Part shown: in pieces, positions 8,857-16,519 of the stretch
Numbering within the stretch: the first letter of the stretch is position 1
Layout of the letters: each line of letters starts with the position of its first letter
IMG/VR virus record: IMGVR_UViG_3300020043_003340
Location: 1 to 26,803 of that record
Origin: a virus
Taxonomy: Duplodnaviria; Caudoviricetes
Strand: one strand, 5' to 3'
DNA length: 26,803 nt
The notes under the pieces: model-generated
The model's input: only the letters and a program-made list of their open reading frames with translations
What the model was told of the DNA's origin: nothing
Databases searched by the model: none
Position numbers and translations under genes: made by a program

Positions 8857-9351
8857 TTAACATTTGTCAATATCGAACGTTTTAATGTTTTTTATTTTGG
8901 TCGTGTATGTATCGCTTTTGAATACCCAGTTACCGCGGTCGATTTCCCCTTTCCTTTTTAGTTGCGCTATCTTATAAAATTCGTCTTTTTCTAAGTAGCC
9001 TATAATATAGCCGTATTTCATGTTCTCGGAAACGCTACACCACAAATAAAAATCGGTTTGTTGTGTAATATTATACGCGCTTATGTTAACGTTGAAGTCT
9101 TTCGTTGGTTCTTTGTCGGTTTTGAATGTTTTAACGTCTATTTTTTTCCCGTTTATTTCAATATCAAAGTCAAAACTACCTACGTGTTCTACGTTTTCAC
9201 TATATAATTGTAGAAAGTTCATAACCATAACTTCGCCTAACGCCCCGTAAATTTGGCTTCCGCCCTCCGTAATCGAATTATGTAGCTTTTTAAAATTATA
9301 AAGTCTTTTCGCTTCCAAAATTTGCTCGTCAGTTAAGTATCTTTTTATCAT
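8857..9351 (-). CDS. PD-(D/E)XK restriction-endonuclease-like protein, 164 aa
   Basis: GALGE...DFD...IDVKT catalytic-type pattern. Confidence 0.6.
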   Translation of the reverse strand: MIKRYLTDEQILEAKRLYNFKKLHNSITEGGSQIYGALGEVMVMNFLQLYSENVEHVGSFDFDIEINGKKIDVKTFKTDKEPTKDFNVNISAYNITQQTDFYLWCSVSENMKYGYIIGYLEKDEFYKIAQLKRKGEIDRGNWVFKSDTYTTKIKNIKTFDIDKC

Positions 9352-9863
9352 TTGAAGTCTTTTACTTTTTGTTTGTAATGCTCAATCAATTCCTTTAACT
9401 CGTCTATTTCCCATTTCTTTGGCGCGTATGCACGTTGTCGCAGTAGAATATAATTTTCGTGTCCGATTCGTGTTTTTAAATGCCGCTTGTATTCGATTAG
9501 ATTACCCGAAAGGAAGCTATTGCAATGTTCGCATTGTAGGTGTACGTTATCCTCGTCAAAGCGCACGTTTGAATGTCCGCCCGAACTGAAAAAATGCCCT
9601 CCGTTCTCTTTTTTAGGGGGTTTTTGGCAGCTTATGCATGGCTTACCTTTGTCCCTTAGTCGAATGTACTTGTTAAAGACTTGTTGGGCGATTTTAAGGT
9701 AGTCTTGAACCGTCATTAATTCGGCTTTCATTTTGGCTTTACGTTTAGTCCATTGCTTCGTCTTTTCGAATTCCACCCAAACACGAACGCATTCATCTTT
9801 TAAACAGAACTTTTGATTGAACCGAACGGGTGTAAATGGTTCTTTGCAGTGCTTACATTTCAT
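9348..9863 (-). CDS. ninG: NinG/Rap-family endonuclease, 171 aa
   Basis: AQQVFNKYIRLRD, PCISC, GGHF, RFDEDNVHLQCEHCNSFLSGN, and an N-terminal Cys zinc motif. Confidence 0.9.
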   Translation of the reverse strand: MKCKHCKEPFTPVRFNQKFCLKDECVRVWVEFEKTKQWTKRKAKMKAELMTVQDYLKIAQQVFNKYIRLRDKGKPCISCQKPPKKENGGHFFSSGGHSNVRFDEDNVHLQCEHCNSFLSGNLIEYKRHLKTRIGHENYILLRQRAYAPKKWEIDELKELIEHYKQKVKDFK

Positions 9864-10954
9864 AGGTTCAAATTTTTAAGGATTTTATAAAGCACATTCA
9901 CCACTATCGAATTACCCGCTTGTTTGTACGCTTGGCTATCTGAGCAAATCCAGGTAAATGTGTCGGGGAAGTCCATAAGCCTAAAGCATTCTCGCGGTGT
10001 TAATCTTCGAATTTTATAATTATTCATCACCCCTTGATTACACGCAGTATCTAAAGTTTGGGCAACTTGTTTACCAACTCTTCCCTTTCGTGTTTCTGAA
10101 TTAGGAAAACTGAAATTTATACTGTCTCCTTCGGTTGCCTCTTCATATCCTTTGGATGTTGCTGATTTGATTTTTACTAAATCATCACATCCGCTACCTA
10201 CAACTTTAAGTGCTGACATTGTTCCATCTTCATCATGGAATTTTGCTCCAAAACCATTACCTTTTTCTTTTTGCCTAATATCATATTGAATTAATTTTTC
10301 AATATTGTTTTCACTCAAGAAGTACTTCTTATCACAATCATCCTCCAGCACATCCTTTAGACGTTTAGTCAAATACTCATCTATAGGCCATCTAAATGTG
10401 TTATCAGAGTCATCACGTATGCCAATTATAAACACACGCTCTCTGTTCTGAGGTACACCGTGATGCTTTGCATTTAACACCTTACAATACAAATGATATG
10501 GTACGCTTTCATCGTATGGGAACAAAATAGGATTTCCGTTTACTGATTTTCCACCAAGCATATTTACCCACTCTTGAAAAGTTCTACCTTGATCTTCAGA
10601 AAGTAATCCTTTAACATTCTCAAAAATAAAATACCTCGGTTTGTTCTGCTGAATGAATTCATAGCTATTGAAAAACAATATTCCTCGCTTGTCATCCTTA
10701 CCTAATCGTTTCCCCGCTAAACTAAACGCTTGGCATGGAGGCGAAGTCATGTAAATATCTAAACTATCTTTAGGTATTTCTCTTTCGTATACATCGGTTG
10801 GAAATAATACTGGTTTCCCGTAATTATGAATATAAGTCTGACGTGCAAACTTATCCATATCACACGCAAAAACTTCTTGGTATTCAATTCCTAATCTATT
10901 TAAGGCTTGGTTAAATGCTCCCACGCCGCTAAAATCGCTCCCTACTTTTATCAT
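9860..10954 (-). CDS. DNA (cytosine-5) methyltransferase, 364 aa
   Basis: Motif I DFSGVGAF, IV SPPCQAFS, VI FENVKG, VIII QNRERVF, IX RRLTPRECFRL, X YKQAGNSI. Confidence 0.95.
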   Translation of the reverse strand: MIKVGSDFSGVGAFNQALNRLGIEYQEVFACDMDKFARQTYIHNYGKPVLFPTDVYEREIPKDSLDIYMTSPPCQAFSLAGKRLGKDDKRGILFFNSYEFIQQNKPRYFIFENVKGLLSEDQGRTFQEWVNMLGGKSVNGNPILFPYDESVPYHLYCKVLNAKHHGVPQNRERVFIIGIRDDSDNTFRWPIDEYLTKRLKDVLEDDCDKKYFLSENNIEKLIQYDIRQKEKGNGFGAKFHDEDGTMSALKVVGSGCDDLVKIKSATSKGYEEATEGDSINFSFPNSETRKGRVGKQVAQTLDTACNQGVMNNYKIRRLTPRECFRLMDFPDTFTWICSDSQAYKQAGNSIVVNVLYKILKNLNL

Positions 10955-11250
10955 AAAAATTTCTTTAGTTCATTAACCTCATTTTTTAGTGTTTCTATTT
11001 CGTGTTTTTGGTGCATAATCTGAAGGTGATAATTAAAATTCATTTTGTTCACCGTGCGTAATTCTTGCGCCATGCCAATCAAACAACCGTACGCCTCGTG
11101 TAAATTCTTAACGTGCTTTGTCATGCCGTCAATGTAGGGCTTCGCTTGTTCTTGTCGAGGGCTTTTACGTAGGTCTTCGATGCTTATTTTCATGCTGTCG
11201 ATTATCGTTTGCATATTTAGCTTTACTAATAAGAAGCTGATTTCGTCCAT
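10951..11250 (-). CDS. Hypothetical coiled-coil protein, 99 aa
   Basis: ORF packed between the helicase and the methyltransferase. Confidence 0.65.
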   Translation of the reverse strand: MDEISFLLVKLNMQTIIDSMKISIEDLRKSPRQEQAKPYIDGMTKHVKNLHEAYGCLIGMAQELRTVNKMNFNYHLQIMHQKHEIETLKNEVNELKKFL

Positions 11251-11253
11251 AAC

Positions 11254-12144
11254 TTAAAAGGGTAATTCGTTAGTATTCTTTTTCGTGTTTCGGTAGGGTT
11301 GTAACGCGTCTACTTCGCTGTTTAAGAATCCTAAGCCGTTGTTGTATTTAAACATTAACGGCACTCCGTATTCAGTAGGTTGTCCCCCCGTGTCTTTGTC
11401 TTTGATTTTCTCAACGTCTACCATTGTGTAGTATTTCATCGTTTCGTGTTTTACTAAGCGGTGAATTACTAACATATCATCGCAACGGTTCAAGAATGGC
11501 TTACCGCCTTCGATATGTGCCTTCATTGGTGCTTTTAAATGCCCTTCCCATTCGTGGGGCTTCGTGAATACGTTTCCGCTTCGTCCACTTTCGCTCGTTG
11601 GGTGGGTGCTTATGTAAAGCGTTTTACCCGTTGTGTTAGCAAACAACCGCGCACGGTTTAGAAAGTCGTAATTATCCGCGTGGTTAAATCCTCGGTCAAG
11701 TCCTGTAAATGGGTCAATAAAACACGCGTCGCATTCCGTCTTTTCAAAAATTCCTAAAAGGTGTTCGGGGGTGTACATTTTAGTATTGTCTACAAATGTA
11801 AAAAAATACTCCAACTTCATTTCCGCGCGTCTTATTTCTTGGTGCGTTAAATCCTTAAAAGGTCGTCCGTAGTTCATTTGGATTAAATCCCTCATAACTT
11901 GACCCGTTGAATTTTCACCCATGTAAACGCAAAACTTTAATTCGTGTTTAAGTGCCAACGCGAGGAAGTACCACTCCATAAAATAAGACTTACCAACGTT
12001 GTCGTGTCCTAAAACAATGTTCATTTGTTTACGCTTAAACAGAAAGTAATTATCCGCGTAAATATCCAAACCTAAACCAAGCTGTATTTTTCCGTCTTTG
12101 TAGTCGGTTAGGTATTGGGTGCTATGTCCTTTTGGTAGTATCAT
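11254..12144 (-). CDS. SF4/DnaB-like replicative helicase (P-loop NTPase), 296 aa
   Basis: Walker A GHDNVGKS, MGEN, Walker B CFIDPF, STHP. Directly downstream of the initiator. Confidence 0.8.
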   Translation of the reverse strand: MILPKGHSTQYLTDYKDGKIQLGLGLDIYADNYFLFKRKQMNIVLGHDNVGKSYFMEWYFLALALKHELKFCVYMGENSTGQVMRDLIQMNYGRPFKDLTHQEIRRAEMKLEYFFTFVDNTKMYTPEHLLGIFEKTECDACFIDPFTGLDRGFNHADNYDFLNRARLFANTTGKTLYISTHPTSESGRSGNVFTKPHEWEGHLKAPMKAHIEGGKPFLNRCDDMLVIHRLVKHETMKYYTMVDVEKIKDKDTGGQPTEYGVPLMFKYNNGLGFLNSEVDALQPYRNTKKNTNELPF

Positions 12145-12701
12145 AAATTATTCATTACGTGGTTGTATCTTATTTCGTCTTCTGAAAGGATTTTGATGCT
12201 AAGGTAAGGAAGGGTGTTTAAGAGCGTAGAACGCCAGTTCTTAATCTTATGTTGTTTACCCTTCGAATTAGTACACCAATCGTTTTCAACCCAACTTTCG
12301 TATTTTAGGAATAATTCGTCCCTATCAATGTTTGGCTTTTTAGAATTAGCGTAAGCCACAAATTCCTCGAAAGAGGGTATATTATTATTTACATTATCAT
12401 TTACATTTACATTATCATTTACATTAGCTTCACTTTTGCTTATTTCTTGCTTCTGTTTTGCTTCCGCTTTGCTTTCCTTTTGCTTCGTTTTCGGTTTAGT
12501 TCCGTTTACGTATCGCTTTAAGTTTGCTTCGATTTGCGGCTTAATTAACGTAAATATTGTTTTACTAATTCCGCTTAACTCAACCTCATTTTGATTAAGT
12601 CCAAATTCAAAAACAGCGTTCCAAACTTCAGCTTGGTTTGCTTTTGGTAGCTCCTTAATTGCTTCAAAGAACGACCGATAAATTACCATTGATTCACGCA
12701 T
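12141..12701 (-). CDS. Putative replication initiator (DUF6291-like N-terminus), 186 aa; start revised to ATG 12701
   Basis: RESMVIYRSFFEAIKELP...IFTLIKPQIEAN N-domain, low-complexity linker containing DNA repeats, and C-terminal WVENDW...IKNWRS. Upstream of the helicase. Confidence 0.75.
   Translation of the reverse strand: MRESMVIYRSFFEAIKELPKANQAEVWNAVFEFGLNQNEVELSGISKTIFTLIKPQIEANLKRYVNGTKPKTKQKESKAEAKQKQEISKSEANVNDNVNVNDNVNNNIPSFEEFVAYANSKKPNIDRDELFLKYESWVENDWCTNSKGKQHKIKNWRSTLLNTLPYLSIKILSEDEIRYNHVMNNL
12381..12496. repeat. Iteron-like array plus AT-rich tract (candidate replication origin)
   Basis: TTGCTT starts at 12436, 12447, 12458, 12469 and 12480 (11-bp period), with degenerate copies at 12425 and 12491. 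Adjacent TTTACATT repeats at 12381-12425. Confidence 0.7.
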
Positions 12702-12712
12702 AAAAATATTTT

Positions 12713-12810
12713 TAAAATACAAAAACCCCGCTAATCCGTAGTGGTCTCACTTACTACTTCATAACAGGGTTCAAATAATTCCTTTGGTTCTATAATGTGA
12801 GACCGAACCG
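12713..12810 (-). ncRNA. Candidate structured cis-regulatory leader RNA (two hairpins, kissing loops, terminator-like 3' end)
   Basis: Hairpin 1 is GGUUC/GAACC with loop GGUCUCACAUUAUA. Hairpin 2 is AACCCUGUUA/UAGCGGGGUU plus GUAGU/ACUAC with loop AAGUGAGACC. The loops are complementary over 8 bp and a U-rich tail follows. Confidence 0.6.
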
Positions 12811-12825
12811 TCGTGCAATATACAA

Positions 12826-13113
12826 CTATTTTAACGAAATAAGAAAGTTCTTTTTTAACCTTTTATCAACAGTTCCCTTAAAGTTATTGAAGTCATAAAT
12901 ACACCCATCTTCGCCAAACTCAATTTTTTTAAACAAATCCTTGCACTCGCGTAATTCGTGGAAATGATGCTTTTTAACTATTGGTTTGCTTACTATCGTT
13001 AGTTGGTGCTTGTAATTCATTCCCACGCTAACCATTGAGTAAATTTCGTTACCCAACGCGTTCGCCTTAACTACCAAAAACGGCGTTCCTTTTTCAACTT
13101 TGCTCTTAATCAT
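12826..13113 (-). CDS. Hypothetical protein, 95 aa
   Basis: ORF track; overlaps the upstream gene end. Confidence 0.6.
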   Translation of the reverse strand: MIKSKVEKGTPFLVVKANALGNEIYSMVSVGMNYKHQLTIVSKPIVKKHHFHELRECKDLFKKIEFGEDGCIYDFNNFKGTVDKRLKKNFLISLK

Positions 13114-13489
13114 AATAACCCATTTTAACTTTGGTTTGTAATTGCTTCAACTGGTTAAAGGTTCGGCACGAAAGTACGTCTTGTGCAATGTCCCTAACCA
13201 AATCTTCCTCGCTTATTTTGATTTCGTCGCGTATCGCAGCCGTGAAATACTTGTAACCAAGGTCTTTTGTTTCGGCAAATATCTCGTGCATATTGTAACC
13301 GTGGATTACCGAAGCATGGTTGCGTTCAAAAAGACGGGCAATTTCAACCCACGGCATATAAGCGTTCTTTTTCAGCACCGCAAACAAATAGTACCGTGGA
13401 TAGGTGTACTTTTGAAACCTACTTTTGTTCTTAAGGTCGTATTTGTCAATCAACCTTTTTACTAACTCTATTACTTCTTTTCGTTCCAT
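13106..13489 (-). CDS. DnaA C-terminal (domain IV)-like HTH protein, 127 aa
   Basis: SR...YPRYYLFAVLKK...WVEIARLFERNHASVIHG resembles the DnaA domain IV pattern (IG..F.RDHTTV.H). Confidence 0.7.
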   Translation of the reverse strand: MERKEVIELVKRLIDKYDLKNKSRFQKYTYPRYYLFAVLKKNAYMPWVEIARLFERNHASVIHGYNMHEIFAETKDLGYKYFTAAIRDEIKISEEDLVRDIAQDVLSCRTFNQLKQLQTKVKMGYYD

Positions 13490-13578
13490 GTTTCGTACCC
13501 TATTATCATTCCTAAAACCAATCCTATTAAAAGTGCTGCAATTATGTTACATAACTCAGAAAATGTCCGTGCATCCAT
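13471..13578 (-). CDS. Small membrane peptide, 35 aa (not in the ORF track)
   Basis: MDARTFSELCNIIAALLIGLVLGMIIGYETWNEKK*. One hydrophobic helix; fills the gap. Confidence 0.45.
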   Translation of the reverse strand: MDARTFSELCNIIAALLIGLVLGMIIGYETWNEKK

Positions 13579-13783
13579 GGTCGTTAATTAACTGGTGAAA
13601 TTGTTCTCTTAAATCCTCTAATAACTCGTATTCGGGTTGCGTTAAATCGTCGGTGTTGTACTTTACTCTATTCCTTAAATACTGCTTAAAATCCCAAATA
13701 ATTGAATGGTATTTGTTCGCTTGTTGCATCTGTTCCAATTCGGATTGGTCTTCGGGTAAATTGAATTCATAAGTTACTTTCAT
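13556..13783 (-). CDS. Hypothetical protein, 75 aa
   Basis: MKVTYEFNLPED... ORF coupled to the upstream gene. Confidence 0.65.
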   Translation of the reverse strand: MKVTYEFNLPEDQSELEQMQQANKYHSIIWDFKQYLRNRVKYNTDDLTQPEYELLEDLREQFHQLINDHGCTDIF

Positions 13784-14055
13784 TGTTCCGTCTTTTTAAA
13801 TGTTTCGTTAAAATATCCTTCGCCACCCATGGCAAAGAATGCCGTTTTATCTTCTGTTAATTCAACGCTTTTAATAGTGTCTTCTACTGCGTTAACTATC
13901 AACCTCTTTTCTTCGTCTTTTAAGCCCTTAATTTGCCTTAAAACGCCTTCCAAAGCCATTACGTAATGAATACGCCCGTCGTAATTCTCGCCTTCTTGAA
14001 CACTGTTAATTTTCCAATGAATTTCGTTCTCTAAAATTTCTAATGTTGTTTTCAT
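13780..14055 (-). CDS. Hypothetical protein, 91 aa (start revised to ATG 14055)
   Basis: The ATG overlaps the RlpA-like gene's TGA (ATGA). Confidence 0.6.
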   Translation of the reverse strand: MKTTLEILENEIHWKINSVQEGENYDGRIHYVMALEGVLRQIKGLKDEEKRLIVNAVEDTIKSVELTEDKTAFFAMGGEGYFNETFKKTEQ

Positions 14056-14402
14056 TTCTTGCACTTTCTAAATCCTACTTTTTCAATCGTTACGCGAATA
14101 ACTCCCTTTTTGAGCATTCCGAATTTTTTAGCCGTTCCGTAAGTAAGGTCGATTAAAACCCCGCTTGTTTTTGGCAATCGGTCGTTTACTTTTACCGTTA
14201 ACTTTTGATCCGTGTTTACGTCGGTTACTTCTAACAACGTACCGAAGGGCAATGTCTTGTGAGCGCACGTTAAACTATCCGCGTGGAATCTTTCACCAGA
14301 CGCTGTTAAACGCCCCGTCCAATGTTGACCGTAATAAGTTGCTTTTCCTGTCGTTAAACCGCCTAAAAACACGGTTAAAACTAATCCTACTGCTAATTTC
14401 AT
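14052..14402 (-). CDS. rlpA: RlpA-like double-psi beta-barrel lytic transglycosylase, 116 aa
   Basis: GKATYYG...GRLTASGERF...TCAHKTLPFGT...VKVNDR...IDLT, with a hydrophobic N-terminal signal. Confidence 0.9.
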   Translation of the reverse strand: MKLAVGLVLTVFLGGLTTGKATYYGQHWTGRLTASGERFHADSLTCAHKTLPFGTLLEVTDVNTDQKLTVKVNDRLPKTSGVLIDLTYGTAKKFGMLKKGVIRVTIEKVGFRKCKK

Positions 14403-14581
14403 TATAATGTTTTAAAGGTTTGTACTAATTGATTAACTGGAAGGAGTTGTTTTTTTGTTGCTCCTACCTTTTTGTAATAAATGTAATCGACAACTTGATA
14501 GTTGGTGTTATCGCCAATGAACTTAAAAAACTCTTTGTCGTTTAAATCGTGTGTTTTCTTTGCTTTATACGCTGTTTTCAT
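14402..14581 (-). CDS. Small hypothetical protein, 59 aa (not in the ORF track)
   Basis: MKTAYKAKKTHDLNDKEFFKFIGDN...QTFKTL*. Start and stop both overlap neighbouring genes. Confidence 0.6.
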   Translation of the reverse strand: MKTAYKAKKTHDLNDKEFFKFIGDNTNYQVVDYIYYKKVGATKKQLLPVNQLVQTFKTL

Positions 14582-14760
14582 ACTTCTAAAATATATTTGA
14601 TTTCTGTTATTAATGGCAAACTATCGCTTTTCATCCGCGCCTTGTAGTTTTTTAACGCTTGTTCCACGTCGTTTGCTTCTATTGTTATGCCCGAAAGTAA
14701 AACCCCCGTGTCGCTTTCGACTTCCCTACTAACGTAAAATGTTATGTGGTATGTTTTCAT
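14578..14760 (-). CDS. Hypothetical protein, 60 aa
   Basis: Coupled ORF in the early region. Confidence 0.6.
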   Translation of the reverse strand: MKTYHITFYVSREVESDTGVLLSGITIEANDVEQALKNYKARMKSDSLPLITEIKYILEV

Positions 14761-15032
14761 AGTAATGCCTTATAAAGTTCAATGTCGTTAATTTGCTCAT
14801 AAATCGATTTTAAGAGCTTTTCATGCCTAAAGCTATGGTTAGCTAAGCGTTCGTGTATTTGAAGCAATCTAATAGCGTCTAAATCCATTGTAACCTCTTT
14901 TAACTCACCTAACCCGTCGCATACAAAACAAGTTTCGTCTTTTTCGCAGCCACCGCAGCACATCGATGCGGCTTTACCACATTCGGCTGGTACTCGAACC
15001 CAACCGCGCCCTTTACATTCTCTACAATTCAT
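14757..15032 (-). CDS. DnaJ-type zinc finger protein, 91 aa
   Basis: Two CxxCxGxG motifs (CRECKGRG and CFVCDGLG). Confidence 0.7.
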   Translation of the reverse strand: MNCRECKGRGWVRVPAECGKAASMCCGGCEKDETCFVCDGLGELKEVTMDLDAIRLLQIHERLANHSFRHEKLLKSIYEQINDIELYKALL

Positions 15033-15118
15033 AAATAAGTTTCGATTAATCCGATTAGGATGGTTACTAAAATCCCCGCTCCAAGGGCTACTAACTGCGC
15101 TTTTGTTTGCTCGTTCAT
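15029..15118 (-). CDS. Small membrane peptide, 29 aa (not in the ORF track)
   Basis: MNEQTKAQLVALGAGILVTILIGLIETYL*. Stop overlaps the next ATG. Confidence 0.55.
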   Translation of the reverse strand: MNEQTKAQLVALGAGILVTILIGLIETYL

Positions 15119-15120
15119 AA

Positions 15121-15291
15121 TTACTTCTTTTTACGTGTTTTGATTATTGTAATGTCGTCGTCCATGCAGTTAGCAAGTAGGTTGTTAGCCATCTTAACCG
15201 CGTCCGTTTTTCCGTTGCACCACATAATTTTGGTGTCTAATAAGTTCTTCTGATTATCGAAGAAAAGGAATTCAAATTCTGTTGCTTTCAT
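15121..15291 (-). CDS. First early gene, hypothetical, 56 aa (not in the ORF track)
   Basis: MKATEFEFLFFDNQKNLLDTKIMWCNGKTDAVKMANNLLANCMDDDITIIKTRKKK*, directly after a consensus promoter. Confidence 0.65.
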   Translation of the reverse strand: MKATEFEFLFFDNQKNLLDTKIMWCNGKTDAVKMANNLLANCMDDDITIIKTRKKK

Positions 15292-15346
15292 ATCTTTTGT
15301 TTTTTGTTATACACAAATATAAAGAATAAGAAATGAGTTATCCAAA
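15292..15346 (-). promoter_or_regulatory. Bacteroidota housekeeping-sigma-type early promoter and leader
   Basis: TTTG (15346-15343)-N21-TATATTTG (15321-15314) matches the -33/-7 consensus, then tg-TATAACAAAAAAC-N7-ATG. Confidence 0.8.
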
Positions 15347-15379
15347 TCTTTGAACAATTTTTTTCACTTTTTTAACAAA

Positions 15380-16255
15380 TTAACGCGGAAAGCTAATAGA
15401 ATCAATGTCTTTTGTACGCTCTTTGGCAGTTCGGTAAGCGTTTATTTTGAGTATTCGACCGCCTAATATCTTTGCGGGTGCGCCTCTTTCGATATGCCAA
15501 CCGCCAAAACCATCCGCATATTCGTCTTTGTACGTTCCTGTAATCATGTGGTGAACGTGTTTCTGTTGGATTGTATAGCTTGTAATAGAATTATGAACCA
15601 ACTTTTCGCGCATATCGTTACGCGCCCAGTTCTCATGTATATGCCCCATGCAAAAAACGTCCATGTCTTCGTACATTTCGAGCGCACGGGTTAAATTAAT
15701 CGCGCCTTTGGTTACGATACCACCACCGCCCGAACCGTGGAAGTATTTAATTTTTGTCTTTACTCTGTGCGAAACCCTATTGTCGTTTCCTATCCTTTGT
15801 TTGATTACTAACCAACCGCCGTAACCGCCCGTTTGAACGTTTGTACCACATTTGTAGTTGAGTAGGTCTACAAAACGAGCTAAAAGGTCTGTTTCTTGAA
15901 ATTTAATAATAGCCGTTTCATGGTTCCCGTAACCAATAACCGTAAGTAAATGCGCGTAAGGTGTCCACCACTCAACTGCCGTGTCGACTATTGAATCTAA
16001 ATACCGCGCGTTGTTGTGTTCGGGTCGAATGTCGCTCTTATTCCTACGAAAATCGCCGCGCCCTTGCATCAAACAAAAGAAATCCCCGTTAATAAAAATA
16101 GGTATTTCGTGTTTTAGGCAGTAATCCAAATCCCTCTTTAGCTTATCTCTGTCGCATTTAGGGTTATCCCAATGAATATCCGATAAAACAGCTAACTGAA
16201 AGTTTTCTAAATCCGTCGTTAGTTCGTGGACGTTGCGAGAAATACGCTTAATCAT
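15380..16255 (-). CDS. Calcineurin-like metallophosphoesterase, 291 aa
   Basis: SDIH, NGD, GNHE, FHG and GHIH metal-binding motifs. Confidence 0.85.
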   Translation of the reverse strand: MIKRISRNVHELTTDLENFQLAVLSDIHWDNPKCDRDKLKRDLDYCLKHEIPIFINGDFFCLMQGRGDFRRNKSDIRPEHNNARYLDSIVDTAVEWWTPYAHLLTVIGYGNHETAIIKFQETDLLARFVDLLNYKCGTNVQTGGYGGWLVIKQRIGNDNRVSHRVKTKIKYFHGSGGGGIVTKGAINLTRALEMYEDMDVFCMGHIHENWARNDMREKLVHNSITSYTIQQKHVHHMITGTYKDEYADGFGGWHIERGAPAKILGGRILKINAYRTAKERTKDIDSISFPR

Positions 16256-16476
16256 TTATACTCGGTAGTTCGTGAACGTGCGTTGCGGAAAGGCTTGATT
16301 AGCTTTTCGTCAGCTTTTACCTTTACTTTCACTTTACCTTCTTTCTTTTCGATTTGTAAATCAATAATTGGAGTGTCAATAGTCGCGGTTAGTTCACCGT
16401 CTTTTCGTTCAATTTGAACGTCTACGTTCTTCGTGTCGATATTTACACTAACGTCTTTTTTTCGTCTTTTAGCCAT
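16252..16476 (-). CDS. Hypothetical protein, 74 aa (start revised to ATG 16476)
   Basis: MAKRRKKDVSVNIDTKNVDVQIERKDG..., with an internal IDT...IE[RK]K[DE]G duplication. Confidence 0.55.
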   Translation of the reverse strand: MAKRRKKDVSVNIDTKNVDVQIERKDGELTATIDTPIIDLQIEKKEGKVKVKVKADEKLIKPFRNARSRTTEYK

Positions 16477-16519
16477 TTCAGTTATTTTGTGAATTTGGTA
16501 ATAAAAATCCAATAGGTGT

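Noticed and set aside
12425-12496. CRISPR-like or protein-level repeat reading of the TTGCTT array
   Set aside because: Six-bp units with 5-bp spacers are far too short for CRISPR, and the period is not a codon multiple.
12702-12722. TTG start of the initiator
   Set aside because: It falls in the U-rich tail of the leader hairpin; ATG 12701 begins the recognisable domain.
12743-12804. Two inverted BsaI sites (GGTCTC) suggesting engineered sequence
   Set aside because: There is no other vector or synthetic signature, and both lie in predicted RNA loops, which natural loop-loop pairing explains better.
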